This document shows, one piece after another, positions 1 through 36,520 of a stretch of DNA of 64,000 nucleotides. The number at the start of each line of letters is the position of its first letter. Position 1 is the first letter of the stretch. The DNA is from Tubiluchus corallicola. Taxonomy: Eukaryota; Animalia; Priapulida. Below the pieces are notes generated by a model. It saw only the letters and a program-made list of their open reading frames with translations. It did not search any database and was not told the origin of the DNA. The position numbers were made by a program, and so were the translations under genes. The stretch spans positions 372,001-436,000 of the forward strand of contig JAQGDQ010000154.1 in NCBI GenBank assembly GCA_030141605.1. Direction: 5' to 3'.

Positions 1-1214
1 TGGTATAACTGGTTCAGTTTTACAGTGGATAGTAAACTTCTTAGAAAATAGAAGTCAATGTACGTGTGTTGATGGTTACAAATCGACGGAGTCCTTGATT
101 ACTAGTGGTGTACCGCAAGGTTCGGTATTAGGTCCGTGTTTATTTGTGGTATTTATAAATGACTTGCCTAGTTGTGTGAGAAATTCTCTTCGTCTGTTTG
201 CCGACGACAGCAAAATCTGGTCTGAATCTGATTCTTTTACCAGCTGTAATGATCTTCAATTGGATCTAGAAGGGCTCTGTGATTGGGCAGTTGAAAATGG
301 TATGCAGTTCCATCCCAACAAGTGTAAGGTTGTATCTGTGGGAGCAGGATATGAGTATAAATACAAAATGTATGATGCAAGTGGCACTCCGGCAGAATTG
401 GACTTTAGTGCTTGTGAGAAAGACCTTGGATTATTACTTGATAATAAACTAAATTTTAAAGATCACATAGCAGAAATCATAAAGAACGCCAAACGAAACA
501 ATGCTTTAATAAGGAGGAATTTCAAGTACCTAGATCTGCAAACTTTCAAGCTTCTATATGTGGCACTTGTGCGATCAAAAGTGGAGTATGGAAGTAATAT
601 TTGGAATAGTCCTAGAGCATATATAGTGGACCCAGTTGAAACTGTCCAAATGAGAGTTTTCAACATGTTACCGGAACTAATGAACTTGACGTATGAAAGT
701 CAGTTAAAACGAATAGGGTTAACTACATTAGCTTTTAGACGTTTACGTGGCCAACTAATTGATGTATACAAATATGTATCTGGAGTTTACAGCTGTGATG
801 ATTGTCCTGTTAAATTAGAAGTACATCGTACAGCAAGATCAGGTCCTATTCTTCATAAATCAAGAACTGCACACAAAACTGGTAAATACGACTATTTTTC
901 TTGTACGATGCCAGAAATCTGGAATAGATTGCCCTGTGATGTGAGAACAGCAACATCTGTAAATTTATTTAAATCAAAATTAGATAGACACTATGAACAT
1001 CATCCATTGAAATTTAATCACCGTGCTAATTGGAACATGCCTATAACAAGGATGCTGGATTTCATATTATAGTGAGAAAACTTGCCAGTGGAGTCACCTA
1101 GGTGTTGATGACAATCTATTAAATGTGCAATTTGTCGCAATTACAGTCGAAGAACTATTTGTCTCAAAAGTTATATTATAACTACTGGAGATTTACTACT
1201 ACTACTACTACTAC
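1..1214 (+). mobile_element. 3' end of a CR1/L2 (Jockey-group) LINE retrotransposon, cut off by the window edge
   Basis: RT-coding frame, then a ~110-bp 3' UTR and a short tandem-repeat tail (ACT)n at ~1195-1214, typical of CR1/L2 ends. Confidence 0.9.
2..1072 (+). CDS. LINE ORF2 reverse transcriptase, C-terminal part
   Basis: Frame is open from position 2 (GITGSVLQWIVNFLENRSQ...). It carries GVPQGSVLGP, LFADD, EKDLG and the C-terminal WNRLP..V..ATSVNLFKSKLD motif. Confidence 0.9.
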   Translation, partial: GITGSVLQWIVNFLENRSQCTCVDGYKSTESLITSGVPQGSVLGPCLFVVFINDLPSCVRNSLRLFADDSKIWSESDSFTSCNDLQLDLEGLCDWAVENGMQFHPNKCKVVSVGAGYEYKYKMYDASGTPAELDFSACEKDLGLLLDNKLNFKDHIAEIIKNAKRNNALIRRNFKYLDLQTFKLLYVALVRSKVEYGSNIWNSPRAYIVDPVETVQMRVFNMLPELMNLTYESQLKRIGLTTLAFRRLRGQLIDVYKYVSGVYSCDDCPVKLEVHRTARSGPILHKSRTAHKTGKYDYFSCTMPEIWNRLPCDVRTATSVNLFKSKLDRHYEHHPLKFNHRANWNMPITRMLDFIL

Positions 1215-1634
1215 ATTGGCAGCCAACCGCCTAGCTCAATTGTTCAGATAGTTGTGTAAACAAGCATATCCTCAGAAAATTTATTTGGGTATTTGTTTAT
1301 TATTGGCCAAACACACACAGAGAGAGATAGCACTGGTGTAATGTAGTACTACCTTATTCGGTTACTGTTAGTAATTTCTTACAGTAATTTAGTAGTTACA
1401 GTAGGATTTCTATTATTGTGAATCAAGTATCCCTGGCAATGAAGGGGTAGCTATAGAATTATCTGTTCTGTTTAACCATAAAACAGATGTTACAAAGAAT
1501 TGTCGACTAAATGTGTTTCACATTTTGATCATCTTGTTGTGCCAGGCATGCTGGGAACATTGAACAAATGCATGACCTATTAATTTACATGTCTTAACTT
1601 TGGATTGTTTCCACTAAAAATGTTGTTACTCTAG

Positions 1635-24484
<22,850 letters not shown>

Positions 24485-25827
24485 CTAAATGAATGTGTGC
24501 CCCTCTTGCACAAGTTGGTCATGGAAAAAATTGTCAGTGGAAAGCGTTCAACAGTCTTTTCGAAATCAATGCAAACTACTGTTTATTGGATGTATTGAAC
24601 ATTGCTGATTTATTGTAATATTGAACGTTTACTGTCAGTTTTAATTTATAATGCTAGTCAGGAAAGTGTGTGTTGAAATGTGTAGTGTATGCTGTAAAAT
24701 TTAATCAGAAATTGACTGGCATCATGTTGGTGAACAACGGGAGCTTTAAATTTCAATTAGCTATTTGTGCATCATTTATCATGTTGCAAAACACTGCTGA
24801 ATTACTTATTAAGTAGATCCTAGATTTTTTCCTTGCTTTAACCTAACAGGAGAACTGTGTTAATAGTTACTTGCTAAATGCCTATACAGATGTAACTAAT
24901 GAACAATACGTGTTTATTTGTGATAGTTAGATACCTTGTATCAATTTCTGATCAGGTCTGTTTATCAGGGACTAAGCTAGATTGGTGACTCTGCAAAAAT
25001 CTTCTTTTTTAGCACTTTGCTGTGCTTTGATACCTCAATACCAGAGGTATTGCATTTTGGTTCTGTTACGGAACACATTCCAAACACCAGGAGCGACTGC
25101 TTTAATGTAGTATTGCTTATAAGATACATTACTTCCTGCTAGGCCTGATTCTTTATAATGCATATAAGTTATGACATATCTTCTGTTACAACGTCAGAAA
25201 TTGTACTGTTTATTATCACTGAATACGAATTTATTTACATCGCTAGCCAAAGCAGTTTTATTTTATTTTTATTGCTTTATTGTTAATTTATTTATAAAAA
25301 CAGAGTTGAAATGTAGAATACAAGACTTGTTACTATGTAAGTATCTTATTCCCGGGGTATAATGCATTTGTTGCGATTTTTTGTGTATGTGTGGTTGTAT
25401 ACATGTAAGATTGTTGTCAGATTTTAGTTCCAGTTGTAAAAACTTTCGTGCTTTTGTTAGTTTTTATTGAGTTTGAATTGGCGCATAAGATCGGGAGGAA
25501 AAGCTTATAATGTATATAACATTTTTACATAGTTTAGTGTAAGCGTATGCGCTGTTGTGTTAAACTTCTTAAAACTTGCACATCATAGATTGGGAAAGTT
25601 ATCAAATTCAATTTTATGTGCCACTTTTGTCGACATTGATTTGTTTATAACTATATGCAAGATTTATTGTTAGATGTTTTTTACACCATTAAGCTGTACT
25701 GTATATTATTATATGTTGCAATAATAATCATTGTGATTAATGATTGTTACGTAATATGAAGTTGTTCTTTTTTATACAGTTTGTTGCTGCGTAGTTAATG
25801 ATCTAGCATTCATTGGTAGGGTTTTCT

Positions 25828-26415
25828 TTAAGGATAACTGGACTCTGTCTTAAACTGTAGCTTAAAGCTGTAAAATCTTGAAAAGGAACGTATTATTTTT
25901 TCAATAATGGCTTATGTGAAAGAATTATTACCATAGAGTGGTAATTTAGCATTGGCGAGGTCAGTTCTTCGTTGTTACATGCATTTCTCCATTCACCAGT
26001 TCGATGGTCACTAGCGAAAACACTTTGCACAAAAACAGGTGCTGTACCTGTCAATTCAGGTGGTCAGTTGTGATGTAGTGCACACATTCGAACGCTCATG
26101 CGCGAACAGAGAGGTAAACTTGAAATTTGAATTTAAAAATAACATTTGCAGAGTTTTTGTATGTCGCGCTGAATGTTGTACGCTGAACTTCTTCAGTTTT
26201 CCTTTTTACAAACACATGCAATACGCTCATGGAATGTTTGCACTGTTGAAAATTATGTTCAGTTGTGATGCCATCACTAGTTGTGCTCACCGATCATTAA
26301 TTAACTTTTGAATCTACTATTTAATTATCAGAGACGTTTATAGGTGTTAAAATGCTTACTTTTACAGTACTTCGGAATGGGGTAGAATATGAAAAGTCAT
26401 TTTGTTTTCCTTTAT
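25828..26415 (+). mobile_element. Kolobok-like family 1 copy
   Basis: TTAA-ggataactggact... to ggggtagaatatgaaaagtcattttgttttcct-ttat. Confidence 0.65.
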
Positions 26416-26844
26416 GTAGGGTGTGTTGGGCAGCTTTAAAACCTAACTCATTATCAACTATTATAGCCCTCTAACATGTACCTTGAACTGATAGAGATTC
26501 ATCGTTAGGAGCGGATCTATGGCTGGAGCAGTATGATAGTATTCCTGGTCTTACCTTATCATCTTGACAATTATTTACATGTTTTTCTAAGTTTAATTTT
26601 TATTTTGCACACTGCCCAAAAGGTTACAAAACGAATGATATAAAAAAAACTTGTGGTAATTGGGGGATAATTTAAAAACGATATGGAAATACTGCAGTGT
26701 TTTGAGTTTCTCTTGACGTTGGTGATGTTGTTTGTTTATGAAAGATTTGCTCAGCTCATATGTATAATTTCTGTGATTTCTTTTTGGGAAATACAAAAAA
26801 TTTAACATTTTTACACAACAGTACGTTGTGGAAAAACTGCAAGT

Positions 26845-27200
26845 TCAACATTCGCAAATAATGCAACTATACTAAGTTGTAAGAAACGTTCACAGAGCTT
26901 AGAGACAGGATTGGCGAACATTCGCAGACACTGCAACTCGGCTAAGTTGTATGAAATGTTCACAGAGCTCAGAAACAGAGATGATGAACATTCGCAGACA
27001 CTGCAACTCAGCTAATTTGTACGAAATGTTCACAGAGTTCAGAAACAGAGATGATGAACATTCGCAGACACTGCAACTCAGCTAATTTGTATGAAATGTT
27101 CACAGAGCTTAGAAACAGACATGATGAACTTTCGCAAATACTGCAACTCTACTAATTTGTATGAAACGTTCACAGAGCTCAGAGTTCACAGAGATGATGA
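26845..27200. repeat. 70-bp minisatellite x5
   Basis: gaacattcgcagacactgcaactc... recurs at 26916, 26986, 27056 and 27126. Confidence 0.92.
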
Positions 27201-29444
27201 AATTATGTACTGAAAATATTTACTCATGGTTATGGTGGAGAAGGCATGCCTTCTCTCAGCGGGGGTTTCTCCGGCGGGGCATATGATCTGCACCCAATTA
27301 ATGTCGCCTGCCCGCTTCGGGTCTAACTATGAAGATTTAGGTTAAGCTTCTGATTATTCCAAAGCAGGTTATTTTGTATGGGATTCGCACACACCGCGTG
27401 CTGGAATTCTGTACTTAACCTCAGAATCTGCTATAATTCCTGAGTGATTGTGGCTGTACCGGTATCTACCTATATGTGAGAGAACAATCCGTTAAAATCA
27501 GTTAAACCTTAGCTACGTTCTGGTGTGCATACACCTTCATTAATGAGAGAAATAGCCAGAAGCGGCAAAGCAGATGAAACAGCCCGGAGACAATTTTCGG
27601 TTATCACCCATCCTTTTACTAACCAGTTTTTGGAAATCCTCAACTAGCGTAAATTTCGTGCAATTGCAAATTGAAACAAGTCTTTAACTTTGACAATTAT
27701 ATTTCGTATTTTTAATGCAACTGATAAACAATGGCATTTACTTTCAAGATTTGCAACTACATCTATAACTTACAATATATATCACTACTAATACGCGTAA
27801 ACTTTTACGTTATGAATAACATACTATTTATCTTTTATGAATAGTTGGTGTAACGAGATTTTTATTCACAAGTTAGAATGAAATCAGTGGTCGGTTAGTT
27901 TGATAAATATACCTTCTGAAGCAAAATTCCTGCAATAAAGTCTATTTTAAATTCCAACTAATAATGCAAGTTGAACCTCACGGAATGCCTAGCTTTTACA
28001 TTAAAGTTTATTGTAGTCTTTAAAAAAAATCAAACTGTAAATAACAATCTACAACTACATAACAGAGACTATTATTACCTCACTTTTACCCTGCATACCA
28101 CGCGACAGGCAGGGCAACAGCAAGTAGTCAGGGGGTGTCGAAATCACGACACCCCCTGACGGAAAACGGACGGGTTAACACTAGACCAAACCTTGCTGAT
28201 CAAACGACCCACTTGTTAAATTATTCACACCGTGTATAATAATTTCAAATTCACGCCACGTTAATTTGCTAATTTTAAATTCGTAAAAACCTGATAAAGT
28301 AGAAAGTGCTTTTACAAACAAATTTGTTGTTTTTTCACAATTTCGACACCCATCCCAGCCAAGTTTGCTCATTTGAAGTTCTTTACATCTAATCCGAGCT
28401 AAAATGGGCCAATTCCGAACTGTAAAAGCAAGAAACGTTCAGCTCTCGTGACCTTGTCGACGGGGGAGCAAGTTGATTACCCCTCCTTGCTCTACTCCTG
28501 CTCATATTACTACAACATCACCCCCAGCAAAAACACAGGCCAACACTCGGTTCATATATGCGCTTGTTTTCTGGGTTGCGCATATTTGTTTGTTCGGCTG
28601 TGATTATACGTGAGTGTATTTTCCTAATTTTGCAGAGAAAAATTGGCTTTTGCTGTATCCCGTCGAGTTTGGAGATTCGAATCCTGCGCTTTCTGTCTAA
28701 TCGTACGCTTATACACGTTGATATTTTGGCGCTAAAGCAGCGGGTGTTACTAATGATTGCTTATTAAAATTGCATATGCCACTGCATGGCGATCCGCATG
28801 GACCTGCATTAACGCCTTGATTTCTTTACACATTCTAGCGTTATAATGCTTGATACTTGAAGAAGGTCATCGTAAACTAACAAAGTCCCGTAAAATGATT
28901 CTTCGAAAGTGGAAATTATTTTAAAAGTTGCCACTGTTTATTATAGCATGCCAAACGCAATGAGATCGGTTCACCAATGACCAATAATGCACCAGCGCCC
29001 CGCCTAGTGGCCCACAATAATGGAATAGAATAAATTTATTTTACAACAACATATCAAACGATACAATAACACAGTAACAATAATAAGAAAATTGCTGTAC
29101 TTTCTAGTCTTCCTTCTACAAGTGGACACCATGACTTCATTCTATAACTATATAAATTCAATTAAAAAAACAAAATTGTGAATTGCAGGAAACCTGTGAA
29201 ATTTTAGGGAACATCTACTACATCCGCTGAAGGGAAACACTTTTTCAATTGCTCAAGTGTTTCCTTTTCTGGATATACTGCAACAACTGTTAGAGGTTGT
29301 CTTGGACTGCTGAATTATTGTTATAGAAGTCTTTCTGAGCCAGAGTTTTGTTCGATAAAACTTCTAATTAGTTAAATCCAAAATCATTTTTTGTTGACAA
29401 TTTTCCGAATTAATTGTTCTTATCAGCTGCATTGCGACTGTGTT

Positions 29445-30672
29445 GAAATGTCTTTGGTGACTTCGTCTCATTGTGGTAACCTTTCTGTGTCTTCAAATGG
29501 TTTTGGTGGCTTCGTCTCATTGTGGTAACCTTTCTGTGTCTTCAAATGGTTTTGGTGGCTTCGTCTCATTGTGGTAACCTTTCTGTGTCTTCAAATGGTT
29601 TTGGTGGCTTCGTCTCATTGTGGTAACCTTTCTGTGTCTTCAAATGGTTTTGTTGGCTTCGTCTCATTGTGGTAACCATTCTGTGTCTTCAAATGGTTTT
29701 GGTGGCTTCGTCTCATTGTGGTAACCTTTCTGTGTCTTCAAATGGTTTTGTTGGCTTCGTCTCATTGTGGTAACCATTCTGTGTCTTCAAATGGTTTTGG
29801 TGGCTTCGTCTCATTGTGGTAACCTTTCTGTGTCTTCAAATGGTTTTGGTGACTTCGTCTCATTGTGGTAACCTTTCTGTGTCTTCAAATGGTTTTGGTG
29901 GCTTCGTCTCATTGTGGTAACCTTTCTGTGTCTTCAAATGGTTTTGGTGGCTTCGTCTCATTGTGGTAACCTTTCTGTGTCTTCAAATGGTTTTGGTGGC
30001 TTCGTCTCATTGTGGTAACCTTTCTGTGTCTTCAAATGGTTTTGGTGGCTTCGTCTCATTGTGGTAACCATTCTGTGTCTTCAAATGGTTTTGGTGGCTT
30101 CGTCTCATTGTTGTAACCATTCTGTGTCTTCAAATGGTTTTGGTGACTTCGTCTCATTGTGGTAACCTTTCTGTGTCTTCAAATGGTTTTGGTGACTTCG
30201 TCTCATTGTGGTAACCTTTCTGTGTCTTCAAATGGTTTTGGTGGCTTCGTCTCATTGTGGTAACCTTTCTGTGTCTTCAAATGGTTCTGGTGGCTTTGTC
30301 TTATTGTGGTAACCATTCTGTGTCTTCAAATGGTTTTGGTGGCTTCGTCTCATTGTGGTAACCTTTCTGTGTCTTCAAATGGTTTTGGTGGCTTCGTCTC
30401 ATTGTGGTAACCTTTCTGTGTCTTCAAATGGTTTTGGTGGCTTCGTCTCATTGTTGTAACCTTTCTGTGTCTTCAAATGGTTTTGGTGGCTTCGTCTCAT
30501 TGTGGTAACCTTTCTGTGTCTTCAAATGTCTTTGGTGGCTTCGTCTCATTGTGGTAACCATTCTGTGTCTTCAAATGGTTTTGGTGGCTTCGTCTCATTG
30601 TGGTAACCTTTCTGTGTCTTCAAATGGTTTTGGTGGCTTCGTCTTATTGTGGTAATCCTTCTGTGTCTTCAA
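29445..30672. repeat. 49-bp minisatellite, ~25 highly similar copies
   Basis: Unit cttcgtctcattgtggtaacctttctgtgtcttcaaatggttttggtgg. Confidence 0.96.
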
Positions 30673-30944
30673 AAGGACATGTTAGGTCCTTATGCGTTCA
30701 GTTGACAATTTCTAATCAGTTTGTCAGCCCTTGTTACGTCAGAGGTGGTCTGGCAGGTGATTGGGTGCACTCTGATGACGTGTTATGTGAAGCCATTTTT
30801 AGACTACACCTTTTAAATTCTCCACTCATCAATTCATTTACAATCATCCTATTCATCAACACATTTACAGCAACGCAAACTGGTACCTTTTACGACTAAA
30901 AACCAGCTTGTACTTACAAATAGACATTAATAAATGCTGCTCCT

Positions 30945-31210
<266 letters not shown>

Positions 31211-34200
31211 ATGCCTAACTGTACCTTTTTGACCTTTTTCATTTTACTTGGCATTCAGATAAATGTGCGTTTTCTGAAATTTAATTACTAATGAAGGTTT
31301 TTGAAGACGGAAATTAGACCACCTTCTAGATAGGAAGATTCACCTTAAAGAAAATCTGAATTTGTTTTAGATTATCTACCCCACTGTTCCACTTCCTGTT
31401 AAGTTTCAAATCAAACAATAGACCACTGAATTTGTCTTATGAAATTTGCCTAATTTTATGAGGTGCTCCTTAAATTGGCAATTTAAGACGCTGTGTGATT
31501 TTAGATGAATAGATCTTAAGCTTATAATGATAAGAATAATATCCAGGTTAAGGTAATCGTTATAACTTGTGAAATTGGCGCGAAATTTTTTACTGAGAAC
31601 TAGGGTAGTAATAACAATAGTAAAGCACCCGAAACATGAACGTATAAACTATTATTACCACATTTTTAACAGCTTACAAAAGTTTTTGATAATTATAATA
31701 TTAAAAATTGTCACCATCAAATAAATCGTATATTTATTGCAATTTTATAAACATATTTCAAAAAAACGTACTTAGATTAATAAGCGTACTCTGCTTTAAA
31801 ACTATTAATTAAAACTTTAGTTCATTTTGCAAGAGACGATTTTATTTCATCAGTTTGTAAAGAGATGAAAAAGAATTAAATGCATAATACAATATAAACT
31901 CTACCTTACGTACACATACGTATATACACTATATTTATATACATGTATGTATGACCCAGGCAAAATTTATCCTGGCTTTATTGTAAATTTTAGCAAAAGT
32001 CCTTGTTCTTATATATTTGTAAGTAAAGCGTGCATGTTGAAAAGCTTGTCATTTTTAATACTTTCCTAATAGTGTAATCTAAATAATCGATCACAGTAAA
32101 TGAATTCTGTTATTATGGGACTTAATTATTATAAATAATTGCTAAAATGTTTTATAAGCAAGTTTGTATGAAGCATGAAGTACATGCATGAAGGACATAA
32201 TTATAATTGACCTTGTTGTATATACATTCTCATATCATGATACAGTGCAGAATTATAGGCGTGCAAATAGAGGCCTTGCATATATATATATATATATATA
32301 TACAATATATACGTATGTATGTATATATTGTGCAAATAAAGATTTATCATCAGCATCAATTTAAAACTATACTATACAATACAATACAAATTACTATACA
32401 ATAGACGCCTAAAATTTACACAAGCTCCTAGGCACATAGCTATCAAATGCCTGTCGCATAAAATACTTCTAAGATTTATTATTCACTAAAATGAAAAAGG
32501 AAAATAATTAATAATCCCATTAAAAACAAGCAAACATCAAATAAAATACTTTATTTTAATTAACAGATTAAACTGCGCGAAGGAACTCAAGTGTACACTT
32601 CCGGTTCAAAATAGTCAGCAAGAATTAATAAAGCTAACTTTATTCTGTCGTCTGGACTTGGCGGAACTTGTAATTCCTAGGTCACAAACTTGTATCCTTG
32701 AAGAAAAGATTAATCTAATTAAGTGAACAATTAAGTTCAATTAACATTGTATTCTAACTCAACCTCTATTCATGCTCGAAACTGTGTGAGAGGGATGCTG
32801 ATTTGCTGAAACCAATTTCAAGATGTTTAGTTAATTGTGTTAGACTAGAAGACGGGGAAAAGATGTTTATCTCCTTCTATAGTATTTGCTAGGAGCAAAA
32901 ACAGGCAATATAAACACACTTAATGGCTAGTAACTCAATACCAACTCAGTGGAAAACAGCCTTTGCTGCGTTTCCATAATGGCTGTCAAGTCTAAAGTTC
33001 GAAAATTTAGACATTTTATTCTTGTAGATGTCATAGACAATTTAGATGTTTATTCCGTGGGATGTTGTAAACTGAAAATCAAAAGGTAATTAAATTTTTG
33101 AATATGATTTAGTGGTTGAATGTGGTTTGTTGCTACGCCCGTTGTTTACTTATCTGAATCAGCAGTCTATTAACGTTTGGGTAAATTTCCAGTCTGGAGT
33201 AAAGCACAAATGTTTGGACAGGGTGTTATTTTAAGGCGCGAAGTCATATTAGTTGTCGCAAAGGGCAGACCTATGGTCGTGTTTACAACGCAGCAGTTTG
33301 TTATGTTAGCTAGTATCAAATCTACACAACGTAATTGAGTTGCTCAAAGTTAGCGCGGCCGATTAGAGCCCGTGTAACTGGATACAAACAGTTCATTAAA
33401 GACGGCCAGCGGATCCCAGGCTTGTTTTGCCAAAATGAAACTAATTTTCCTGCCCATTAGTTTGACAAGCCTGTCATTAACATAAGACTATTGTCAACGG
33501 GGCGCGATTCTTGTATCAAATATAATCCGGGTTTTGTATTAAACTCGTAACGAGACATTTTTAGCTGGTAATCAGTGATACGACACCGGTTTGAACTCGA
33601 CCCGCGAGCTTTTGACACATGTTGAGGTAAAAGAAACAGATGAAAGCAATAACAATTTTCTTTGTTAGTTTTTCTCCTTTCTGCTTGATTCGCCCATTGA
33701 GTACTAATACGTTTTACTTCTTTCATATTTTCTTCTTTCTTGCAAACAATCGTGAGATTTCATATTAAAGCTGAAGCTCTACTCATTAGTGATATATTCA
33801 GTCGCAGTTTTATTATTAGGAAGCCCACTTTGGCGCCTCTGCAAACCTCTAAGCATGTTATTTGATATCGCGCTTTTATTCGTGTGCTTGACTTTTAACC
33901 AGAGTCAGCGATACTAATGAGCAAAATGCCTTTGAAATTGTTAATATTCTCATTTTGATTTGCTTACGTAAGCAGTCAAATTATCCTAAGTTTTCTTACG
34001 TTAGCACCAACGATCTATGATTATTTTATTTTTATCTAAATTTTTAGTGTGCGATTGCATCCAAAAGTATTTATGATTTCAATATCGTTTTCAATATCAT
34101 ATTTTTGAATATGTGGGTGTAATAACGGTTAAAATGTAATACCGTTAGAAATAGTAAACACCACACATGGATATAACACAGACAGGTCCGTCGATAATTC

Positions 34201-34258
34201 CCAAGACAGTAAAATTTTATACAACAGGTTGCATCAAAACTTTTTTCTATTTTTCGCT

Positions 34259-34297
34259 GTTGTTATTATTATTGTTAATCTTCTCATTCTTCTTCTT

Positions 34298-34365
<68 letters not shown>

Positions 34366-34466
34366 CATCATCATCATCATCATCATCATCATTATCATCA
34401 TCATCATCATCGTCGTCGTCGTCATCATCATCATCATCATCATCATTATCATCATCATCGTCATCG

Positions 34467-34506
<40 letters not shown>

Positions 34507-34612
34507 TATTATTATTATTATCATAATCATCATCACTATCACTGTCATCATCATCATCATCATCATCGTCGTCATCATCATCATCATCGTCATCATTATT
34601 ATTAATATTATT
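34259..34612. repeat. (CTT)n-(ATT)n-(CAT)n compound microsatellite
   Basis: Read directly. Confidence 0.97.
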
Positions 34613-34863
34613 AATCTTTTATTCGTATAAAATTTTATGATCGAGACACATGATGTTACATATATACGTGTAACAATGCGGGGCTTTTGAGCCTAGAGAA
34701 GGCTGAGTGCGTCTACCACTTCAGAATCAAATTTCTGTAGTACCTCTACATGTTTCCATACACTATCCCTAAGCTAAAATAAAGTACTTTAAGCGGTGTA
34801 GTCTGCAAGACAAGCTAGCAGATGGACGCGCTTCGACACTCATTAATCGTACTCCAGATATTG

Positions 34864-35175
34864 ATCATGTAGTAGTGGAGTGGTACTGAAGTCAGTTAAG
34901 AATCACGTAGTAGTGGAGTGGTACTGAAGTCAGTTAAGAATCACGTAGTAGTGGAGTGGGGCTGCAGACAGTTAAGAATCATGTAGTAGTGGAGTGGTAC
35001 TGAAGTCAGTTACGAATCATGCTGTAGTGGAGTGGCACTGCAGCCAGTTATGGATCATGTAGTAGTGGAGTGAGGCTGCAGACAGTTAAGAATCGTGTAG
35101 TAGTGGAGTGGGGCTGAAGTCACTTCTGGATCATGTAGTAGTGGAATGGCACTGGAGCCACTTATGGATCATGTT
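34864..35175. repeat. 38-bp minisatellite x8
   Basis: Unit atcatgtagtagtggagtggtactgaagtcagttaaga. Confidence 0.9.
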
Positions 35176-36009
35176 GTTCTATTGCACTATTCGGGTTTTC
35201 ATTTTGTTGCCAGACAACTGTCATCTAATAAGCGCATGTTCTATTGTTTTGCAGTTAAACAGCTCTGGCAAACCCTGCCCATGAAGTAAGATTGAGAATT
35301 TTAAAAGAGAAGAAGAAATAAAATAACAAAGATTGATAAAATGTACATATTTTCCGTGTTTTTAGAAATTAATTCTATTTTTTTTATTTTCATTGTTTTT
35401 ACGACAAATGGTCATTGCTGTAAAATCCGTGTTTTTTATTCACACTAATGCTGATATTTCCTATGAGCATCTTGCTGATTTATTTGCATGTTATAGAACT
35501 AATCATAAGCATACTGTTTATATTACTTTAGTTATTACAAGCCTGCATACTTACATCTATATGAGGTATATTATAGTTCGAGAGTAATTAGTTTAACAGA
35601 CCATTTCCTGTGTTGTTACAACAGCAAACGTCTGGAGGTGATCATTTCTTTTCATGTGTCATCTGCATGTGATTTCAAGCACAGACGAGCCTAGATCACA
35701 TATGAAAAACTGAAAATGAAAACAATGTATAGTTGGTACGTTTCCAAACTGTGCAGACATGACTGGTCTGAATTAAGATGGTATAAAATACAGTCTTTAA
35801 CAAAACGGTATATAATAAACATTGAAAACTTGCGTTATTATCCTGAAAACTTACGTTGCATTAAATGATGTGTATTGTACAATAACAAATAAAAAACAAA
35901 TTACTTAGAAATGGAATCTTTTTTGTCATTAAAAGTGTAAATAAAAAAGTAGAGAACTCCACTTTCTTCGATGTAAAAAGATGGTGGTCTGTTATATTAC
36001 GAAAATCCA

Positions 36010-36520
36010 TTGGAGCTAATTTTCAAGGCCTTCATGCCAGAAAAAAACAGAAAGATTGTTTGTGAAATTCAATACCAGCATTGAAAGCTTGTAATTACTT
36101 GTTGTTTCAATCTGGATTAGGAGTTTTCCCCAATGCGGCCCACACGTAAAACTATAAGAAAAGAGAAGTGCCTTATAGTTGAAAAAAACTTACCGTTAAC
36201 TAAAGTGTTCTGCGGGGTGTTAATATAGAAAAGTTATGATTGTGGTGAATAAGAATAAGAACGTTCAGTAAGAGTAGGTAACTTACGGAAAGCCACGATG
36301 TGCTTGCGAAAACTCACGAATTCCACCAGTCACGTCACAATTTTCAAGTAAATGGCGGCTACCACCACTCCTGAAAATTTTTGTATTTTGAGTAGTGGTT
36401 CAAATTAAGCTAATGCTGTAGGTCAGCTTTTGCAAATTTCTTTGTTATATATTTGTTATAAGTTTAAGAGATAACAGTAAAATAAACCCAATATGCCAAG
36501 TGACATATCCTTTTCTTTAA
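36010..36520 (-). mobile_element. TTAA-flanked family 2 copy (Kolobok-like), left boundary approximate
   Basis: Reverse complement matches the 49106 and 55450 copies (gggtttattttactgttatc..., ggtggtagccgccatttacttgaaaatt). Confidence 0.6.

Noticed and set aside
27331-27348. Minus-strand TAACCTAA as a possible telomerase RNA template for TTAGG
   Set aside because: An 8-nt match is expected by chance in AT-rich DNA, and no pseudoknot or promoter evidence could be verified
28106-28500. Possible hAT-like MITE (cagg...cctg ends, internal gggggtgtcg/cgacaccccc hairpin)
   Set aside because: TIRs match poorly and there is no target-site duplication
29445-30672. CRISPR-like regular array
   Set aside because: Head-to-tail units with no unique spacers, no cas genes and a eukaryotic context; the same applies to the 42-, 70-, 38-, 55- and 40-bp arrays
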